Source: Spongiibacteraceae bacterium (GTDB lineage Bacteria > Pseudomonadota > Gammaproteobacteria > Pseudomonadales > CAMLJR01). From it: a stretch of 64,000 nt of DNA. The stretch covers positions 2,691,546 through 2,755,545 of the forward strand of contig JASGHU010000001.1 of assembly GCA_047602265.1 (NCBI GenBank). Reading direction: 5' to 3'. The translations under genes and the position numbers were made by a program. Below are positions 59,063 through 64,000 of the stretch, piece after piece; positions within the stretch are counted from its first letter, which is position 1; the number at the start of each line of letters is the position of its first letter. Below the pieces are notes generated by a model, which did no database searches, was not told the DNA's origin, and saw only the letters and a program-made list of their open reading frames with translations.

Positions 59063-60019
59063 ATGCGACCATTATCATTGTTCTGTCTAAATACGAGCCG
59101 GACTTATTCAAGTCGGGTGGCAGCACATCTGGGTATTGAACTCGCCGATCACGAGGAAAGACATTTTGAGGACGGCGAGCACAAATGCCGCTCGCTCATC
59201 GATGTGTGCGGCCACGACGTTTACGTCGTCCATTCGCTGCATGGAGACAGCAGCGAAAGCGTCGATAAGAAGTTATGCAAATTGTTGTTTTTCATTGGCT
59301 CGCTCAAAGACGTGGGAGCGCATCGCGTGACGGCGGTTATGCCCTATCTCTGCTATTCGCGAAAAGATCAGCGCACCCAGCCTCACGATCCGACAACGAC
59401 CCGCTACGTCGCCGCGATGTTCGAAGCCGTGGGTGTCGACAGAGTGGCTACCATCGACGTTCACAATGTCGCGGCATACGAAAATGCCTTTCGCTGTCGT
59501 CGCAAAAATCTGAAAGCCAAACCGCTATTCATTGCGCATTTCAGCGAGCTGGCGAGAAGCCAGAACGTCGTGGTGGTGGCTCCCGATTTCGGCGGCGCCA
59601 AGCGCGCGGAGGATTTTCGCAAAGACCTCGCGCAGACTATCGGCTCGCCGATCGAATTGGCCGTCATGGAAAAGCACCGCAGCGGCGGCGTGGTTAGCGG
59701 CTCCGCGCTGAGCGGCGATGTCGCGGGAAAAACCGCGATCATTCTCGATGATTTGATCAGTACCGGCGGCACATTGCGCCGCGCCGCGCATGCGTGCCGC
59801 GCCGGCGGAGCGAATCGCGTTTATGCGGCGGCCACCCACGGTTTATTCATGCCGGGCGCCAGCGAATTGTTGGCAGACACCGCTATCGATGCCATCGTAG
59901 TCACCGACACAATCACGCCTGACCGTCTCGATATAACGCAATACGGCGGACGACTAAAAACGCTGGAATCGAGCAAGCTGATTGCCGATGCGATAAAACG
60001 TTGGCATGAAAACGATTGA
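59063..60019 (+). CDS. prs: Ribose-phosphate pyrophosphokinase (PRPP synthetase)
   Basis: FEDGEHKCRSL...YVVHSL..., ...PYLCYSRKDQ..., PRPP loop AIILDDLISTGGTL. The start is moved to the ATG at 59063. Confidence 0.85.
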   Translation: MRPLSLFCLNTSRTYSSRVAAHLGIELADHEERHFEDGEHKCRSLIDVCGHDVYVVHSLHGDSSESVDKKLCKLLFFIGSLKDVGAHRVTAVMPYLCYSRKDQRTQPHDPTTTRYVAAMFEAVGVDRVATIDVHNVAAYENAFRCRRKNLKAKPLFIAHFSELARSQNVVVVAPDFGGAKRAEDFRKDLAQTIGSPIELAVMEKHRSGGVVSGSALSGDVAGKTAIILDDLISTGGTLRRAAHACRAGGANRVYAAATHGLFMPGASELLADTAIDAIVVTDTITPDRLDITQYGGRLKTLESSKLIADAIKRWHEND

Positions 60020-60084
60020 AGCGATTCATCGTTTAGTTGTTTTTATTTTTATATTTATTTGAATTTTTCTTAACCGTAAGCGTA

Positions 60085-61905
60085 CTAAATCCGGCAGCCG
60101 TCACATAGAATCTGCGAGGGGTCGGTCGCGAGCCGCGACATGACTGCCGCCGATTTTTCGTTGGCGCGAAACGCGGTGACTCCCTTGAGACCCAGCTGCC
60201 ACGCCTGAAAATACAAATCCTTGAATTGCCCGAAGGGATAACCGGCAGGAACGTTGATCGTTTTCGAAATGCCCGCATCGATATACGGCGCGAGTTGCGC
60301 CGCCATGAGCAAATGATCGACCGGATTTATCTGCCAGGCATCGACAAATTGCTGCGGTAAGGTTGCCGTTGCATCGATATGCTTTCGAAAATAACGAAAG
60401 GCGTAATCCTCGACCGCATATTGTTGCGATTCCTGTTCGCTGATTTTCTTTCTGCGGTAATAACTCCACGCGAATGCCGGTTCAATGCCGCTCGATACAT
60501 TGTCGGCAAAGGCAAGCGAAATGCTGCCTGCCGGAGCAATCGACAGCAAATGCGAATTGCGAATACCGCAGCGCTGAATTTTTTCCTGTAGCGATAATGG
60601 CAGACGCGAGATGAAAGGCGCTTTGACGTAGTTGCCCGCGTCAAATTTTGGAAACGGTCCACGCTCTTGCGCCAGTTCTATGGATTGCAGATAAACCGTG
60701 TTGCGCAGAGTCTCCGTAATATTCGCCGCCAACGTACGACCGGCTGCACTATCGTAGCGAGCGCCCAGCATGATGAGCGCATCGGCCAAGCCGGTCATGC
60801 CCAACCCTATGCGTCGCGTAGCCAGTGCAACTTCGCGTTGCACCGGCAAAGGCCATGGGGTGATGTCGATGACATTATCGAGCATTCTCACCGCAGCCAT
60901 GCTCGCAGCAATCATTCGCGGAAAATGAAACTGTGCGCGGGATGAAAACGCATGCTCGACAAAAGCAGTGAGATTGAGACTGCCCAGGCAGCAACTTCCA
61001 TACGCCGGCAGCGGTTGTTCACCGCACGGATTGGTTGCCTGAATATGCTCGCAATACGACAAATTGTTTTCGCGGTTGACGCGATCGATGAACAACACGC
61101 CGGGCTCGGCGCATGCGTAAGCGGCTTGCGCGATGTGCATCCATAACTGCCGCGCCTTGACTGTGCGATACACCCAGAAGCCGTCATCGCGTCGGTATGC
61201 GCCATTCGCAATTTGACTGACATTCGGCGTGGCTTTGTGCACCAGCGCGAAATTGCCGTCGTGCTCGACACACCGCATGAACACATCGCTGATGCCGACC
61301 GAAAAATTAAACGTGGTAAAGCGCCCCCACTCGCGCTTGGCATCGATAAAATCGAAAATATCGGGATGCGCGACATCGAGCACCGCCATTTGCGCGCCGC
61401 GACGCGAATCGACATTTTCCAGCGTCACGCAACTGCGCTCGAAAATATCCATGTACGACAACGGCCCGCTCGCAAGCGCTCCGGTGCTCGAAACTATCGC
61501 ACCGCGCGGCCGCAACGCGCTGAAGTTATAACCGACGCCGCCACCCCGCCGCATCGTTTCCGCAGCTTCGGCGAGAGCGGTATAAATACCGGGAGACAAT
61601 TCCGTTCTTTCTGCGATCGAATCGCTGATCGGCTGCACAAAACAATTCAGCAGTGTCGATTGCAATGCTGTGCCCGCATTCGCACAAATGCGACCGCCAG
61701 GGATAAAACCGTCGCGCAACGCCTGCAGAAACACATCGCGGTAATATTCCTGCCGGTCGGATGCCTCTGCGCACGCCAACGCCGTGGCGATGCGTGCGTA
61801 GACATCGTCAATCGAGTTTTCGCCTGCTCGCAAATATTTTTCTTGCAGCACATCGCGGGCGATCCGCTGCATGGGAAATGGATGTGCCGACAGTGAGGAT
61901 GTCAC
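60085..61905 (-). CDS. nrdJ: Class II (adenosylcobalamin-dependent) ribonucleotide reductase
   Basis: 606 aa in a single chain. Active-site ATNPCGEQPLPAYGSCCLGSLNL and a C-terminal Cys pair (LCDGC). Start is the GTG at 61905 or the ATG at 61872. Confidence 0.8.
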   Translation of the reverse strand: MTSSLSAHPFPMQRIARDVLQEKYLRAGENSIDDVYARIATALACAEASDRQEYYRDVFLQALRDGFIPGGRICANAGTALQSTLLNCFVQPISDSIAERTELSPGIYTALAEAAETMRRGGGVGYNFSALRPRGAIVSSTGALASGPLSYMDIFERSCVTLENVDSRRGAQMAVLDVAHPDIFDFIDAKREWGRFTTFNFSVGISDVFMRCVEHDGNFALVHKATPNVSQIANGAYRRDDGFWVYRTVKARQLWMHIAQAAYACAEPGVLFIDRVNRENNLSYCEHIQATNPCGEQPLPAYGSCCLGSLNLTAFVEHAFSSRAQFHFPRMIAASMAAVRMLDNVIDITPWPLPVQREVALATRRIGLGMTGLADALIMLGARYDSAAGRTLAANITETLRNTVYLQSIELAQERGPFPKFDAGNYVKAPFISRLPLSLQEKIQRCGIRNSHLLSIAPAGSISLAFADNVSSGIEPAFAWSYYRRKKISEQESQQYAVEDYAFRYFRKHIDATATLPQQFVDAWQINPVDHLLMAAQLAPYIDAGISKTINVPAGYPFGQFKDLYFQAWQLGLKGVTAFRANEKSAAVMSRLATDPSQILCDGCRI

Positions 61906-62588
61906 GTTCGCATTCCGCGTGAAGATTCGAGCCAGTCGCGCGATCGCCGCAACAAATCGACGACTTCGCTATCATCGACCTGCGCGAAATCGCTATAAAA
62001 CGCGCCGACACCAGGAAAATACTCTGGCGATTGCAAACACACGATGCTGTCGACAGCGCGCTTCAATTCCTCAAGCGATTCACGCGGCGCCACCGGAATG
62101 GCGAGTATCAGCGCATCCGGTTTGCGTGCTTTCAGCGCATGCAAGGCAACACGCATCGTCGCGCCCGTGGCGATGCCATCGTCGACCACAATGGCGGATT
62201 TTCCCTGCAGCAATGCAGGCGATGCCGCAACACCGTAGAGATCGCGACGCCGTTTGATTTCATCGAGTTGGCGAGCAGTTTCTTGCTGAATATACGATTG
62301 GCGCACACCCAATGCCGATACCAACTGCGGGTCGATAAAAATGTGCGGAGGATTTCCATCGGTAATCGCGCCGATGGCCAACTCTTTTTGCATCGGTGCA
62401 CCGATTTTCCGCACCAGCACGACATCGAGCGGCGCGCGCAATGCGCTGGCGATTTCGAATGCAACGGGAACGCCGCCGCGCGGCAGCGCGAATACGATGG
62501 GATTTCTCCAGGCGCGCTCGCGCAAACGCGCTGCCAATTCCGCGCCGGCTTCTTCACGGTTGCTGAACGGGCCTCGGATTCGCAGCAT
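61902..62588 (-). CDS. Phosphoribosyltransferase-family protein
   Basis: PRPP-binding motif AIVVDDGIATGATM, with an N-terminal ...FALPRGGVPVA.... Confidence 0.75.
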   Translation of the reverse strand: MLRIRGPFSNREEAGAELAARLRERAWRNPIVFALPRGGVPVAFEIASALRAPLDVVLVRKIGAPMQKELAIGAITDGNPPHIFIDPQLVSALGVRQSYIQQETARQLDEIKRRRDLYGVAASPALLQGKSAIVVDDGIATGATMRVALHALKARKPDALILAIPVAPRESLEELKRAVDSIVCLQSPEYFPGVGAFYSDFAQVDDSEVVDLLRRSRDWLESSRGMRT

Positions 62589-62592
62589 CGGT

Positions 62593-63033
62593 TCACCTCA
62601 AACGCGATTGCGCAGTCACGTAATTCGATATTTCATGAATCGTGCAGGCGACCAGATCCTTGGCGATCGAGCCGGCCACATGCGCATGCACAGTATCCGT
62701 GAGCGCATTGCGCAATTCGCCGAGAAATTCCGGCGCTGCGACCAGTACCAATTTCGCAAAGCGTTGCTGCGAATATTCGCTCTGCAAGTAATGCGAAAGT
62801 TCCGCAGCGAATGCATGCTGCTCTTTTTCTCTCGGCGATGTGGCGGATTCCATTCCATGCCGTGTACCGCTCTTCGCAGCAAAAATATGGCCTTTGGGAT
62901 TATCGCCCGCGTTCGCTTTCTGCGGATGCGAAAAATCCGCCACCTCCGCCCACTCGCTGTGTTCATCGCCCGCGAAGACTCTAGCCCTGCGCGAGTCGGC
63001 AACCAAAATCCAGGTATTTTCAACGGAACCCAT
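62593..63033 (-). CDS. Host-attachment-protein-family protein
   Basis: WILVADSRRARVF...LVLVAAPEFLGELR...IAKDL pattern. The start is set at the ATG 7 nt after the GGAGG. Confidence 0.65.
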   Translation of the reverse strand: MGSVENTWILVADSRRARVFAGDEHSEWAEVADFSHPQKANAGDNPKGHIFAAKSGTRHGMESATSPREKEQHAFAAELSHYLQSEYSQQRFAKLVLVAAPEFLGELRNALTDTVHAHVAGSIAKDLVACTIHEISNYVTAQSRLR

Positions 63034-63050
63034 GTTCGACACCTCCTGCC

Positions 63051-63071
63051 AATCGTGAATCGTGAATCGTG
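63051..63071. repeat. Tandem heptamer (AATCGTG)x3
   Basis: Read directly. It lies 18 nt upstream of the host-attachment gene start. Confidence 0.7.
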
Positions 63072-63104
63072 AATTTACGTTAACGGTATTTTGCTACGCA
63101 CGAT

Positions 63105-63118
63105 TTGATCGAAATCAT
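63105..63118. promoter_or_regulatory. FNR/ANR-type box TTGAT-CGAA-ATCAT in the divergent promoter (host-attachment/PRT/nrdJ operon versus the glucan phosphorylase)
   Basis: One mismatch to TTGAT-N4-ATCAA. Confidence 0.45.
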
Positions 63119-63176
63119 TGGAAGGGAATGTGTTTTCACTAGGATGAGATCTCATCTTCCGAGGTTGGAGAATCGC

Positions 63177-64000
63177 ATGCTCTCTGAGTTTCTGATTCGC
63201 GAGCGTATCGCCTATTTCACAATGGAAATCGCCTTGGAGTCGTCTATTCCGACCTACGCGGGCGGTCTCGGCATTTTGGCGGGTGACACCGTGCGCTCGG
63301 CTGCGGATTTGCAAGTGCCGTTGGTTGCGGTGAGCTTGGTGAGTCAGTCGGGTTATTTTCGCCAGGAATTAACCGATCAAGGATCCCAATTGGAATATCC
63401 GGATCCGTGGGACCCTTCACAACGGTTACGCCGTCTGGGTGCAAAAATCGTTTTACTGATAGAGAATCGCGAAGTGTGGGTAAGCGCCTGGCTATACGTA
63501 GTGCAAGCCCATCTCGGCGGTTCGATTCCCGTTGTTTTACTCGATACCGATCTGCCTGAAAACGCAGTGGAGGATCGAGAAATCAGTCATGTGCTCTACG
63601 GTGGCGACAGCACTTATCGATTCAAACAGGAAATGGTGCTCGGTATCGGTGGAGTGCGCATGCTGCAAGCGTTGGGATTTCGTATCAGAAAGTATCATTT
63701 GAATGAAGGACATGCTGCGCTGTTAGCGCTCGAACTATTGCGTCACACATTGCGCCCCGCATCCGATGTGCGTCCAGGCGAATTACCCTACGATTTTCTG
63801 GAAGTTCGCGAACACTGCGATTTCACCACACACACGCCGGTAGAAGCAGGCCACGATCATTTCGACTATGCGTTAGTGGATCGATTGCTCGGCGCTTTTC
63901 TCGATAAAACGACGTTGCGTCAACTCGGCGGCACTCCGATGCTGAATATGACCAATCTCGCGCTCAATTTAAGCGGCTACGTCAATGGCGTCGCTAAACA
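63177..64000 (+). CDS. glgP: Alpha-glucan (glycogen/maltodextrin) phosphorylase, 5' partial. It runs off the window and is not in the ORF track.
   Basis: Manual translation from the ATG at 63177 (GGTTGGAG RBS): MLSEFLIRERIAYFTMEIALESSIPTYAGGLGILAGDTVRSAADL...HLNEGHAALLALE. This is the typical GT35 glgP-like N-terminus. Confidence 0.8.
   Translation, partial: MLSEFLIRERIAYFTMEIALESSIPTYAGGLGILAGDTVRSAADLQVPLVAVSLVSQSGYFRQELTDQGSQLEYPDPWDPSQRLRRLGAKIVLLIENREVWVSAWLYVVQAHLGGSIPVVLLDTDLPENAVEDREISHVLYGGDSTYRFKQEMVLGIGGVRMLQALGFRIRKYHLNEGHAALLALELLRHTLRPASDVRPGELPYDFLEVREHCDFTTHTPVEAGHDHFDYALVDRLLGAFLDKTTLRQLGGTPMLNMTNLALNLSGYVNGVAK

Noticed and set aside
61213-63072. Long plus-strand ORFs (227, 223 and 243 aa) overlapping nrdJ, the phosphoribosyltransferase and the host-attachment gene.
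   Set aside because: They are antisense to three genes with clear family signatures. Their Arg/Ala/Cys-rich composition and lack of RBS or motifs mark them as shadow ORFs.

Overview
This 64-kb window looks like a mosaic, largely accessory region of a proteobacterial replicon. All calls rest on motif and family recognition in the ORF translations and on reading the DNA by eye. No database search was run. Modules, left to right:

1. **1-1450:** a plasmid/ICE-type pair, CsrA and a KfrA-like DNA-binding protein.
2. **1659-7223 (best candidate for an undescribed system):** a tightly packed four-gene cassette of a ComEC-type MBL hydrolase, a single 745-aa E2-E1-JAB fusion, a patatin-like phospholipase and a second MBL hydrolase. 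It resembles a type II CBASS accessory module plus effector, but has no nucleotide cyclase and no separate ubiquitin-like gene.
3. **7384-16842:** a heavy-metal island. It holds a Cys/His-rich secreted protein, an outer-membrane barrel, a MerP-like protein, a MerT-like protein, a MerR/PbrR/CadR-type regulator with a 19-bp-spacer promoter, a CDF exporter and CzcCBA.
4. **17242-23781:** an integrase-associated module. Its core is a translationally coupled wHTH / SF2 helicase / Xre-DUF2384 antitoxin-like operon with no RES toxin. It also carries an XRE regulator, a tyrosine recombinase, two unknown proteins and a SprT-like protease.
5. **23783-26788:** a Tn3-family transposase.
6. **27172-33364:** a family 2A encapsulin with its cysteine desulfurase cargo, next to yezD-cysTWA.
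7. **33661-34782:** a second tyrosine recombinase preceded by three 19-bp direct repeats.
8. **34815-52565:** an aerobic-type cobalamin cluster (cobFJIHG / cobLKEM / cbtBA / cobWN plus ChlI- and vWA-type partners) with two cobalamin riboswitches.
9. **52627-64000:** an FNR plus NarL-type two-component locus. It is linked to NAD salvage (pncA, and a pncB carrying an in-frame TAA), prs, B12-dependent nrdJ, a phosphoribosyltransferase, a host-attachment protein and an alpha-glucan phosphorylase. The gene set is reminiscent of the actinobacterial DosR dormancy regulon.
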